Assembly (NCBI GenBank): GCA_963777965.1
Contig: CAVZSS010000035.1
Coordinates: 33,840 to 97,839 of the forward strand
Source: an uncultured Chloroflexia bacterium
GTDB taxonomy: Bacteria > Chloroflexota > Anaerolineae > Anaerolineales > UBA4823
Length of the DNA stretch: 64,000 nt
Reading direction: 5' to 3'
Shown: positions 55,519-64,000 of the stretch, one piece after another
Layout: every line of letters begins with the position of its first letter
Numbering within the stretch: position 1 is the stretch's first letter
Position numbers and translations under genes: made by a program
Notes under the pieces: generated by a model
Told to the model about the DNA's origin: nothing
The model's input: only the letters and a program-made list of their open reading frames with translations
The model's database searches: none

Positions 55519-56961
55519 ATGAAAATCCGCACTGAGATCGGGTTGACATTTGATGATGTTCTTCTGGTTCCTCATCGGTCCTCAATCCACAGCCGCAAGG
55601 ATGTTTCCACCGGCACCAGGCTTGTGCCAGGCATGCACCTTTCCATCCCCATTGTCTCCGCAAATATGGACACGGTGACTGAGACACGCATGGCAATCGC
55701 CATGGCCCAACTGGGTGGTATCGGGATCCTGCACCGCTTTATGACCATCGAGCAGCAAGCCGAATGTGTATTGCGTGTAAAGCGTTCCGAAAGCCTCATC
55801 GTGGATTCACCACTCACCATCTCTCCTGGGCAAACCGTAGCCTATGCACGCCAGCGCATGGAAGAGGTAGATGTTGGCGGCTTGATGGTAGTGGATGAAG
55901 ATAACCTCCTGCTGGGTATCGTCACCAACCGCGATGTATTGCTCGCCCCAGATATGGATTTACCGGTTAGCCAGGTGATGACTCCCCGTGAAAGGCTCGT
56001 TGTTGCTTCGAAGGCCGAAACCTTGGAAGACGCCCGCCGCAAGCTATATGAACACCGCATCGAAAAGCTGCCGCTGGTGGATACGGATGGACACCTGGCA
56101 GGATTGATCACTGCCCAGGATATTGTTAAAATCCAAAAACACCCTGACGCTACCAAAGATTCCCGGGGTCGTCTGCGGGTTGGTGCCGCGATCGGGGTGC
56201 GCCTGGAGGATATGGAACGGGCAGTCAGCTGCCAGGCAGCTGGAGTCGATGTGCTGGTTGTGGATATTGCCCACGGGCATTCCGACCACGTGATCCAAAT
56301 GGTACGAAATCTAAAGCAACGCTTCCCCAGTTTACCGATTATCGCAGGAAATGTTGCCACAGCCCAAGGGGTAAGGGACCTGGCTGATGCAGGTGCAGAT
56401 GCAGTAAAAGTTGGGGTGGGGTCTGGTTCGATCTGCACCACCCGAATTGTGACTGGTTTTGGGGTGCCGCAGCTAAGTGCGATCCTTGAATGTTCTGAAG
56501 CCGGAAGTGTACTGAATGTGCCCATTATTGCGGATGGTGGTATCCGCAACTCGGGGGATCTGACAAAATCCCTGGCTGCCGGTGCGAGCACAGTCATGAT
56601 TGGGTCCCTGTTAGCTGGCACGGACGAAAGTCCCGGCGCGACTGTCATCCGGGATGGACAGCGTTTTAAAATTGTGCGTGGCATGGCATCACTGTCAGCC
56701 AATGTGGATCGAAGGATGCTTAATAACGGTGAATTGGCAATCGAAGAGTGGGGTGAGGTGGTTCCAGAGGGGGTGGAAGCCACGGTGCCTTATAAAGGCG
56801 CGGTGGTGGATGTCATCTACCAGCTCGTCGGTGGATTACGCTCTGGGATGAGCTATGCAGGTGCCTGTTCGATTGATGAGCTTTGGCAGGCTGCCGAGTT
56901 CATCCGCATCACGTCTTCAGGCATGCAAGAGTCACGCTCACACGATGTGATGCTGATTTAA
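55519..56961 (+). CDS. guaB: IMP dehydrogenase/GMP reductase family protein with tandem CBS domains
   Basis: [22 protein letters not shown] pair, [16 protein letters not shown] catalytic Cys, ADGG, VPEGVE. Confidence 0.85.
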   Translation: MKIRTEIGLTFDDVLLVPHRSSIHSRKDVSTGTRLVPGMHLSIPIVSANMDTVTETRMAIAMAQLGGIGILHRFMTIEQQAECVLRVKRSESLIVDSPLTISPGQTVAYARQRMEEVDVGGLMVVDEDNLLLGIVTNRDVLLAPDMDLPVSQVMTPRERLVVASKAETLEDARRKLYEHRIEKLPLVDTDGHLAGLITAQDIVKIQKHPDATKDSRGRLRVGAAIGVRLEDMERAVSCQAAGVDVLVVDIAHGHSDHVIQMVRNLKQRFPSLPIIAGNVATAQGVRDLADAGADAVKVGVGSGSICTTRIVTGFGVPQLSAILECSEAGSVLNVPIIADGGIRNSGDLTKSLAAGASTVMIGSLLAGTDESPGATVIRDGQRFKIVRGMASLSANVDRRMLNNGELAIEEWGEVVPEGVEATVPYKGAVVDVIYQLVGGLRSGMSYAGACSIDELWQAAEFIRITSSGMQESRSHDVMLI

Positions 56962-57007
56962 TCAGTTCTTGCGATTCAACCCATGATTTAGATAATTATT
57001 AAAAAGA

Positions 57008-57034
57008 AAAACCCGGAGATTTTCCTCCGGGTTG
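57008..57034. terminator. Terminator between convergent guaB and ferritin
   Basis: AACCCGGAG...CTCCGGGTT stem with A-tract on left. Confidence 0.7.
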
Positions 57035-57041
57035 AAATTCC

Positions 57042-57536
57042 CTACTCTTTTCCGCGCTTACCAAGCTGGTGGTCAAGCATCAGCACGGCTGTTCCCTTGG
57101 CATCGATCAGCTCGATCTGTTGGACGATGTCAGCAGCATTCTTTTCCTCTTCCACCTGTTCAGTGATGAACCACTGCAGCAGGACCTGTAATGGATAATC
57201 CTTTTCCTTGAGCGCTAACTCGTACAGGGTATTGATGGAAGCCGTAATGAAAGCTTCATGCTCCTGGACCTGCTTGAAGACTTCCAGGCTTGTATTCCAC
57301 GCTGTTTGAGGACCGGCAATAGGTTTGAGTTCTACCTTCCCACTGCGTTCCACAAGCTGTTCAAAGAACTTCATCCCATGACCGCGTTCCTCTTCCGCCT
57401 GTACATACATCCACTTGGCAAAACCGGGTAGATTTTTATCCTCAAAATAAGCTGCCATCGAGAGGTAAAGGTAGGATGAGAATAGTTCTTTATTGATCTG
57501 TTCATTGATTGCGTTTTGAATAGCTTTAGATATCAT
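57042..57536 (-). CDS. ftnA: Non-heme ferritin
   Basis: NEQINKELFSSYLYLSM, QAEEERGH, HE, LQWFITEQVEEE ferroxidase motifs. Confidence 0.93.
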   Translation of the reverse strand: MISKAIQNAINEQINKELFSSYLYLSMAAYFEDKNLPGFAKWMYVQAEEERGHGMKFFEQLVERSGKVELKPIAGPQTAWNTSLEVFKQVQEHEAFITASINTLYELALKEKDYPLQVLLQWFITEQVEEEKNAADIVQQIELIDAKGTAVLMLDHQLGKRGKE

Positions 57537-57557
57537 GTTTTTCTCCTATTTATATAT

Positions 57558-57992
57558 TTATTGGATGGTTGATTTTTGACATTCGGGACAGAGCCCATAA
57601 TACATCATGCGCACTCCAAGTAGTTTATACCCAGAGGTATCGCTGACTTTATGATCTAGGTTTGCAATTTGTGGGAAGTCAAAATCCACAATCTTGTGGC
57701 AGGAAATACAGGCCAGATTGATGTGGGACGATGTATCTCCATCATAGTGAATATTGTCATCTCCTGCATTACCTAACGAATTCACCAGGCCAAGATTAAC
57801 TAATTTTTCCAGCGTATTGTAGACTGTCATCAGGGAGAGTGAAGGGTATTGAGCCTTAATGTGCTCATAGATCATGTTGGATGTGGGATGCTCATGGGTT
57901 TCGCACAAATACTTACAGATTGCGATCCTTTGAGGCGTAAGACGCATCTTGGAATGTTGCAAGGTGGAGATGAAATCATCGAAGTTTGACAT
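57558..57992 (-). CDS. perR: Fur family regulator, PerR-like
   Basis: RLTPQR.AI, HPT, SLMTVYNTL, YD..H...CxxC...D, CxxC; PerR boxes upstream. Confidence 0.8.
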   Translation of the reverse strand: MSNFDDFISTLQHSKMRLTPQRIAICKYLCETHEHPTSNMIYEHIKAQYPSLSLMTVYNTLEKLVNLGLVNSLGNAGDDNIHYDGDTSSHINLACISCHKIVDFDFPQIANLDHKVSDTSGYKLLGVRMMYYGLCPECQKSTIQ

Positions 57993-58002
57993 AAGAAATA
58001 AT

Positions 58003-58056
58003 TTATAATAACTATAATATTATAATAATTATAAATTAGATTTCCATTTTTGTCAA
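58003..58056 (-). promoter_or_regulatory. Tandem Per boxes overlapping consensus promoter of perR-ftnA
   Basis: Perfect TTATAATAATTATAA 58020-58034 and TTATAATAACTATAA 58003-58017; TTGACA-N17-TATAAT on minus strand. Confidence 0.8.
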
Positions 58057-58172
58057 GCAAATAATTTAAACAGCGGGTATGTTCTTTCCCAAAGCCAATC
58101 ATATGAAATACTGCTGATCCAATGTCACATGATTGATGACTAAACTATATAATATATATCAGGAGGTGAATC

Positions 58173-59412
58173 ATGTCTGATTATCTGATGACACCGGGAC
58201 AGCGCAGCTTGCGCGAGGAAGTCCGTAACTTTGTCCGAGAAGGCGTGAGCCGCCAGCTCCTGCTCGATATGGATGCTGAGAAAATCCATTACCCACGCCA
58301 GTATATCGAGGATCTTGCTGCCAGGCACTTGCTCGGTTTGCGTTTCCCTCCTGAATGGGGCGGACGTGGACTTGACTGGGCTCATGAAGTCCTAGTGCTG
58401 GAGGAAATTGGTGTCTTGGGTGCCAGCCTGGCATGCCTGTACTCCCTGCCTTCCATTGTTGGAGAAGCGATTAACTGCTTTGGCTCAGGCGAGTTGAAAG
58501 AAAGGTATCTCAAACCCATCACTGCGGGCAGGCTGACCGTGGCTGAAGCACTGACCGAGCCGCGTGGTGGGTCAGACTTCTTCGGTGCAACAGCCACCCT
58601 GAAACGGGAGGGCGATGTTTATATCCTGAACGGCCAGAAGCGATTCATCGTTGGGGCAGAGGGTGCCGATCTCTTCCTTGTATATGCCCGTTCGAATCCA
58701 GACGTATCGAGCCATAAGGCGATCAGCGCGTTGTTGGTGGAACGCAGTGAAGGGGTGGAAGTCCAACATGTTTACGGCCTCATGGGCACGCGTGGTGGAG
58801 GAACGGGTCGGGTGTACTTTAGAGATGTCCAAGTGCCGGTGCAGGAATCTGATCGGTCAGGAAAATGGGGCATATGAGGTTTTCAATCAGATGATGCTCC
58901 CCGAGAGGATGACCAGCGCGGCTGGAGCGATCGGGCTTGCCCGAGCCGCATTGGAGATATCGACGCGCTATGCCGATCGTCGCAAAGCCTTTGGACAGAA
59001 AGTCCGTGAGTTTGAAGGGGTCAGTTTTAAAATTGCCGAAAGCCTGACACGCCTGGATGCAGCGCGTGCCCTGGTACATGAGACCGCGCGCATCATTGAT
59101 ACCATCGGCAACTCGGGTTATGTACGGCGCATGGTCTCTGAAGCCAAGAAATTTGCCACTGAAACCGCCTGGGCAGTGGTCAATGATGCCATGCAAATCA
59201 TGGGTGGGATTGGCTATACGAATGTTTACCCCATCGAGCGACTTTTACGGGATGCACGCCTGATGACCATCTGGACGGGTACCAACGAGATCATGAACCT
59301 TGTCATCCAGCATGAGTATTTTAAGGAAATCCTATCGACTACTCCCGCGGTCAGAGATGTGGAAGGGGACGCTCAGAATGCAGAAGCTGAGGGTGAAAAG
59401 GTGTTTGAGTAA
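58173..59412 (+). CDS. Acyl-CoA dehydrogenase (frameshift near 58845)
   Basis: [65 protein letters not shown]. Confidence 0.92.
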
Positions 59413-59448
59413 AGGTTGTTGGAGCTGGCATAAGTTTACGGCAGGATT

Positions 59449-60669
59449 ATGAAATCATCACCTATGCTCACTATTCAATACTTGGAAGATTCACCCACCC
59501 TGGACCAATTGGATTTGAAGGCCGTAGTCAATAAATTACGTGCAGCTGCTGAGCGTCTTCCCATCACTCACCTTCTTATCGGCTGGAATGTGCCTCCGTT
59601 TCTCCTGGACGCCTGTCGTTCTGAAGCAGAACGCTTGGGTATACGTTTTCTGCGCTGGCATCCACTTCTCACCACTGACAAAGGTTTTCGACCTGACCCT
59701 ACATGGCAAACAGAAGGTTTGATGGGTGATAAACTGGTGGGGTATCATGGTATGCCGGAATTTACATTCTTCTGCCCCAATCACCCGGGGGTTCAAGAAG
59801 CGATTTACAAACATCTAATCGAATTGGTCCGCCAAGGGATATATCAGGGATTTTTCTTAGACCGGGTGCGTTTTCCATCTCCATCTACCCACCCGGTTAG
59901 TGACCTGGGCTGCTTTTGTGAGCATTGCCAGCGAAAATCGGTTGAGGTTGGACTGGATCTGGGAAATGTTCAGCGGAGAATTCTTCAGCAAATACAGGAT
60001 GAGAAGGGACGCATATCCTTGACGAATTCTTTGCTATCTGGGCAGACAAATCCCGAAGATTCAGATCAAGGTCTTGTTGTCAGCCAATTTCTTGCCTTTC
60101 GAAAAAGGAGTGTGCGGGATTTTCTTGCATTGATCGTCCAACCACTGAGAGATGCGCAGATGGAGATTGGTTTGGATTGTTTCTCACCCAGCCTGACGCA
60201 TATGGTCGGTCAGGATCTCCATGCATTAAGTGAGCTGGTTGATTGGATCAAGCTAATGACTTATGCTCACACACTTGGTCCAGCCGGCTTACCGTATGAA
60301 TTATCAGGTTTTCTTAGTTACCTCAACAACTCCACAAAACTCAATGAAAAACAATCCCTTGATTTAATAAGCCAATCCATCGGCTTGCCATTGCCCAATG
60401 ACCAGGTGTCGCTGATACAAGATGGACTCTCCTCGTTAGCACTTGAACGTGAGGTTAAGCATGGGATTGAATTATGTTCATCACCACTCCTGGCTGGTAT
60501 TGAGCTGGTTGAGCTTGAAGGGGTGACACAATTGAGTCCCTATCAGATAAAGGTTGACCTGACTGCTGTGAAGCAAGCCAAACCTGCAGGATTGGCCATT
60601 TCCTGGGATTTATTAAATATCTCTCTTGAAAGATTGGACCAAGTCAGGCAGGTTTATTTGAGTAATTAG
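59449..60669 (+). CDS. Hypothetical protein, probable glycoside-hydrolase-like TIM barrel
   Basis: 406-aa intact ORF; FFCPNHP, GFFLDRVRFP, CFCEHC, VGQD, KLMTY resemble GHL10/GH42-like barrels. Confidence 0.5.
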   Translation: MKSSPMLTIQYLEDSPTLDQLDLKAVVNKLRAAAERLPITHLLIGWNVPPFLLDACRSEAERLGIRFLRWHPLLTTDKGFRPDPTWQTEGLMGDKLVGYHGMPEFTFFCPNHPGVQEAIYKHLIELVRQGIYQGFFLDRVRFPSPSTHPVSDLGCFCEHCQRKSVEVGLDLGNVQRRILQQIQDEKGRISLTNSLLSGQTNPEDSDQGLVVSQFLAFRKRSVRDFLALIVQPLRDAQMEIGLDCFSPSLTHMVGQDLHALSELVDWIKLMTYAHTLGPAGLPYELSGFLSYLNNSTKLNEKQSLDLISQSIGLPLPNDQVSLIQDGLSSLALEREVKHGIELCSSPLLAGIELVELEGVTQLSPYQIKVDLTAVKQAKPAGLAISWDLLNISLERLDQVRQVYLSN

Positions 60670-60718
60670 TCATCTTAGGTCGATCCAGAAGCCCTCTCAG
60701 ATAGATATGAGTCGAGGA

Positions 60719-63700
60719 TTACTTAAGTACCCAGATTTTTTCTGCATGGATGCGCGGTTCACCCCGCTGGCTATCTAAGGCCACCCGCCCTTCGACCACG
60801 TACGGACCCGCTGTAGATAAAGCTGCCCTGGAACGCTTATACACATCCGAGGTAATTACCACATCCAACATGCCTTCCAGGTCTTCTAACGACATGAAGT
60901 ATATATAATCCCCACGCGTGGTACGGCTGCGGCGCCAGATCTGACGCATACCAGCCACGCGCACTTGCTGTTCCAGCCTGGAGGCTGCTTCCACGGTGGT
61001 CAGCGCCCCGGCTGCGGTAATTTGCGCCTGCACCTGCTCCAAGGGGTGGGCTATGACGCCTGTTCCTAGCAGTTCCTCCTGGGCAGCAACCTTTTCAGCC
61101 AGGCTCCAATCTTCATGACTGGTGTGATCCAATGAGAACAACGAAAGCTGCCCTCCACGCCTGCTACCTTGTTTGAGCTGGTCAAGTAAATCAGGGATCG
61201 TGCCAATATCATCCAGTGCGCCTACCTTCACCAGGTTTTCAGCTTCGACCGGGCGTGGATCGACGCGATCCAGAAAATCAGACAATGAGCTGAAAGGTCG
61301 ATTGTGGAGAATGGTTTTTTGTGTGCGCTGGGTCAGTTCACGTACCTGGTCTAATCCCATGAACAACACGGGGTCCCCTTCCAGGATTTTGACGCTAAAC
61401 TCGCGCCCAGCATGGTTGATCTGCGGTGGACGCAGCTTAAGCCCCAGGCGGCGGGCTTCATTCATGTACACACGCTGGCTATAGTATCCCCCCCAGTTCG
61501 CCAGCACTGCCGCCATGAAGAATGCCGGGTAATGGCTCTTACACCAGGCAGAGCGCCAGCTTATCTGGGCATAGGAGGCCGCATGCGCTTTTGGGAAACC
61601 GTACCCCGCAAAAGCCGCCATCAGCTCCCAGATGCGTTTGGCTACCTCCTCCGGAACCTGGTTTCTCTCCCAAGCACCCGCCACGAACCGCTCCTGTAAA
61701 GTTTGCATCTGTTTGCCTGGATCAAAGTGCGACATCGCCCTGCGTAATAAATCGGCATCTGCCAGCGTCAAACCTCCCAACTCGTGCGCGATTCTCAATA
61801 CCTGTTCCTGATACAGGATTACCCCATAGGTATCAGCCAGTATGCTGCTCAGTGCAGGATGCAGCTGATCGGTGGCTTCCTTGCCCAGGTAGCGTTTCAC
61901 GAACGAGTCTTTCAGCCCACCCGTGAGTGGACCTGGACGGTAGAGTGACAAAGCTACCATGAGATCGTCGATGCTTTTCGCTTTCACTTCCTTCAATGTA
62001 GCCCGCATACCTGGGCTTTCAATCTGGAAACAGCCAATCGTCCGTCCCTGGCTGATCATTAGGCTGACCGCCGGATCGCTTTCCGGGATGGTCTCCAGGA
62101 TCTCGGTCAGCCTGGATTTCCCAGGCTGTGGGTCCTCGCCTGGTCTTTCCCTGGCAATGATTTCAACCACATCACCCAAAACCGTCAAGCCACGGATGCC
62201 GAGCAGGTCGATCTTTACCAGTCCCAACCTTTCGATCGAATCCAGGTCGAATTGCGTGATGGTCACACCTTTTGAAGCCATCAGGGTGGGTGCCAGGTCG
62301 GTGAGCGGACCAGGGCTGATGACCACTCCACCCGGGTGCACGGATAAATGGTGAGGTAAACCAATCAGTGCTGCGGCGTCTTTAAAAATGGATTGGTGGG
62401 TAGAGGTCCGATAACGCTCGGCTAGATCAGCGAATGGATCCTCCTTGCTCGCCTTTCGGTTGGACGGTCCAAACCAGCGGTAAGGCAGGCTATCTGCCAG
62501 CAAGCTCACTTCCTCGGCAGGTAAACCGTATGCTTTTGCCACTTCACGCAATGCAGAGCGGCTGCGGAAGCGGTTGACCGTGCTCACGGTTGCCACCCGG
62601 TCTTCTCCGAAGCGCTGGTATACGAAGCGGATCACTTCCTCCCGGCGGCGAGAGCACAGGTCTGTATCGATATCGGGAGGCGTGGCACGCGCAGGGTTCA
62701 GAAATCGCTCAAAATACAGGCTTAACCGCATGGGGTCTGGAGAGGTGATTCCCAGGCAATGCGCCACCAGGGAAGAAGCAGCTGAACCACGCGAAGAGAA
62801 TGGAATACCCTGCTGTCGGGCATAGTTGAGAATTTCTTCGACGATCAGGAACAGGGAAGTGTAACCATACTCTCCGATGACCGATAATTCATGTTCAATG
62901 CGGGCTTGCAGTTCTGGAGAGCTTTGACCGTACAGCCTAGCCACACCAGCCAGTGCTTTCTGGCGTAACAGCTCCTGGCTCGTCATACCCTCTGATAATT
63001 GGATATCCGGAAAATGCAGGACACCTAAGGGCAGCTGTAGACTGCAGCGATCGGCAATCTCTTGCGTGGAGGCCAGCGCACGTGGAAAATTCGGCATCCG
63101 CTCAGCCATTTCATGAGCTGGTAGGAAGGATGCTTCAGGAGGTGCACAATCGTTGGAATTTAATTCTTTGAGCGGACGGTTCAGCCTGATTGCCGTTTGT
63201 ACCTGCTGAAGGTGAGCCTGGTCTGGCACCAGGTAGTGGATATCGTGCGTTGCAGCAGTCGGTATACCAAGTCGGCGACCTAGTGTTGTCAGGCTTATAC
63301 ACAGCTCGTCATCCTCCACTGAATGCCTCTGCAGCTCCAAATATAGGCGATCACCAAATAGTTCCTTCAGGCGTGACGCCCAGCCTTGCTCCATTTTTCT
63401 TTGCCTGGAAGCAATCAGCTTTGCCAGGATCCCCCGCCTCCCGCCAGTCAGGCACAGCAAGCCTGGATTCTCATCCGCCAGCCGGTCGAACGGGAGCTTG
63501 TCCTCATCTCCGGAGAGCGAGCTGCTGATCCTGCAAAGGCTGCGCCACCCATTTAGATCAAGCGCCAGGAGGGTTATGGTACCCGCCTGGGCTTTATCCA
63601 AGTCAGGGGGGAGGGCTGCCTCCACTTCCAGTCCGAGGATGGGCTTTATCCCGGATTGCTGGCAGGCATCTTGGAATTCGATGGCTCCACTCAGAGTGCG

Positions 63701-63823
63701 TGTATCCGTTAATCCCAATGCCGGCATCTCCATCTCAGCCGCTTTTTGAGCTAATTCTTGCGGCGAGGGAATACCCCGCAGGAAAGAATAGCAGGAATGG
63801 GAGCGCAGGTGTATGAAACCCAT
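60719..63823 (-). CDS. dnaE2: DNA polymerase III alpha subunit, error-prone DnaE2 type
   Basis: PHP N-terminus (HSCYSFL), RGSAA, FERFL, PDIDTD, HPGG, KIDLLG, FPKAHAASYA, QLSLF clamp motif, OB fold; 1034 aa lacking the C-terminal tau-binding domain. Confidence 0.85.
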   Translation of the reverse strand: MGFIHLRSHSCYSFLRGIPSPQELAQKAAEMEMPALGLTDTRTLSGAIEFQDACQQSGIKPILGLEVEAALPPDLDKAQAGTITLLALDLNGWRSLCRISSSLSGDEDKLPFDRLADENPGLLCLTGGRRGILAKLIASRQRKMEQGWASRLKELFGDRLYLELQRHSVEDDELCISLTTLGRRLGIPTAATHDIHYLVPDQAHLQQVQTAIRLNRPLKELNSNDCAPPEASFLPAHEMAERMPNFPRALASTQEIADRCSLQLPLGVLHFPDIQLSEGMTSQELLRQKALAGVARLYGQSSPELQARIEHELSVIGEYGYTSLFLIVEEILNYARQQGIPFSSRGSAASSLVAHCLGITSPDPMRLSLYFERFLNPARATPPDIDTDLCSRRREEVIRFVYQRFGEDRVATVSTVNRFRSRSALREVAKAYGLPAEEVSLLADSLPYRWFGPSNRKASKEDPFADLAERYRTSTHQSIFKDAAALIGLPHHLSVHPGGVVISPGPLTDLAPTLMASKGVTITQFDLDSIERLGLVKIDLLGIRGLTVLGDVVEIIARERPGEDPQPGKSRLTEILETIPESDPAVSLMISQGRTIGCFQIESPGMRATLKEVKAKSIDDLMVALSLYRPGPLTGGLKDSFVKRYLGKEATDQLHPALSSILADTYGVILYQEQVLRIAHELGGLTLADADLLRRAMSHFDPGKQMQTLQERFVAGAWERNQVPEEVAKRIWELMAAFAGYGFPKAHAASYAQISWRSAWCKSHYPAFFMAAVLANWGGYYSQRVYMNEARRLGLKLRPPQINHAGREFSVKILEGDPVLFMGLDQVRELTQRTQKTILHNRPFSSLSDFLDRVDPRPVEAENLVKVGALDDIGTIPDLLDQLKQGSRRGGQLSLFSLDHTSHEDWSLAEKVAAQEELLGTGVIAHPLEQVQAQITAAGALTTVEAASRLEQQVRVAGMRQIWRRSRTTRGDYIYFMSLEDLEGMLDVVITSDVYKRSRAALSTAGPYVVEGRVALDSQRGEPRIHAEKIWVLK

Positions 63824-63917
63824 ATTGGGATTGTAACCTTGCTTAAGGATGATGGATAGGATAAATCCTGTATCTGAGAATTAAACCAGGGGGCGAACCC
63901 GTAAAACCACGATCAGG

Positions 63918-64000
63918 TCAGCGGATGGTTGCCAGGTCTTTCAGGAGCATCCTTTTTTCTTCAGCATCTGAAACCAAAGTGGCTGCCTGATGTGCCTGGA
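63918..64000 (-). CDS. 3' end of upstream hypothetical gene (partial)
   Basis: Open frame ...QAHQAATLVSDAEEKRMLLKDLATIR-stop(TGA 63918-63920) running off the window edge. Confidence 0.45.
   Translation of the reverse strand, partial: QAHQAATLVSDAEEKRMLLKDLATIR

Noticed and set aside
55842..56783. Long antisense ORFs (e.g. 55842-56783, 51968-52951, 50864-51505)
   Set aside because: Shadow frames of well-supported genes on the opposite strand
58003..58034. AT-rich TATAAT repeats as CRISPR, iteron or origin
   Set aside because: Fully explained by tandem Per boxes and a promoter; no spacers, cas genes or DnaA boxes
58097..58134. Imperfect inverted repeat AATCATATGA-N18-TCACATGATT upstream of the acyl-CoA dehydrogenase
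   Set aside because: Single occurrence with long spacer; insufficient support for an operator
1..64000. Mobile elements, defence systems, tRNA/rRNA, CRISPR
   Set aside because: No transposase, integrase, nuclease, RT or cas motifs, no regular repeats and no tRNA cloverleaf signatures seen

Overview
Bacterial genomic DNA of about 50% GC, most likely Chloroflexota/Anaerolineae. That assignment is an inference from the Thr/Pro/Val-linker lipoproteins and a C-terminal xLPLV-type tail. Roughly 30 genes-breaking single-base indels look like long-read consensus errors rather than true pseudogenes. The window has five blocks. (1) 0.1-5.6 kb: phosphotriesterase-like protein, YdjC/ChbG deacetylase, group II PLP decarboxylase, hemerythrin-like protein and a secreted-protein remnant. 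(2) 5.8-17.5 kb: ROK-controlled chitobiose operon with a ROK kinase, LmbE/PIG-L deacetylase, ABC importer, an unusual GlmU-like/phosphohexomutase fusion and a GH94 chitobiose phosphorylase. (3) 17.8-50.3 kb: a ~32 kb divergent sugar-catabolic island around a GntR regulator. It carries six xylose-isomerase-like TIM barrels, a levoglucosan-dehydrogenase-like Gfo/Idh/MocA enzyme, two FGGY kinases, a cupin PGI, Eda and DeoC, but no recognisable glycoside hydrolase, and it has a visible shared operator. (4) 50.5-57 kb: nucleobase module with a single-chain PreT-PreA-like enzyme, SsnA, an LLM oxidoreductase and a GuaB lacking the RY flap. (5) 57-64 kb: PerR-ferritin, acyl-CoA dehydrogenase, an unknown TIM-barrel protein and DnaE2. 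No rRNA, tRNA, CRISPR array or transposase was seen.
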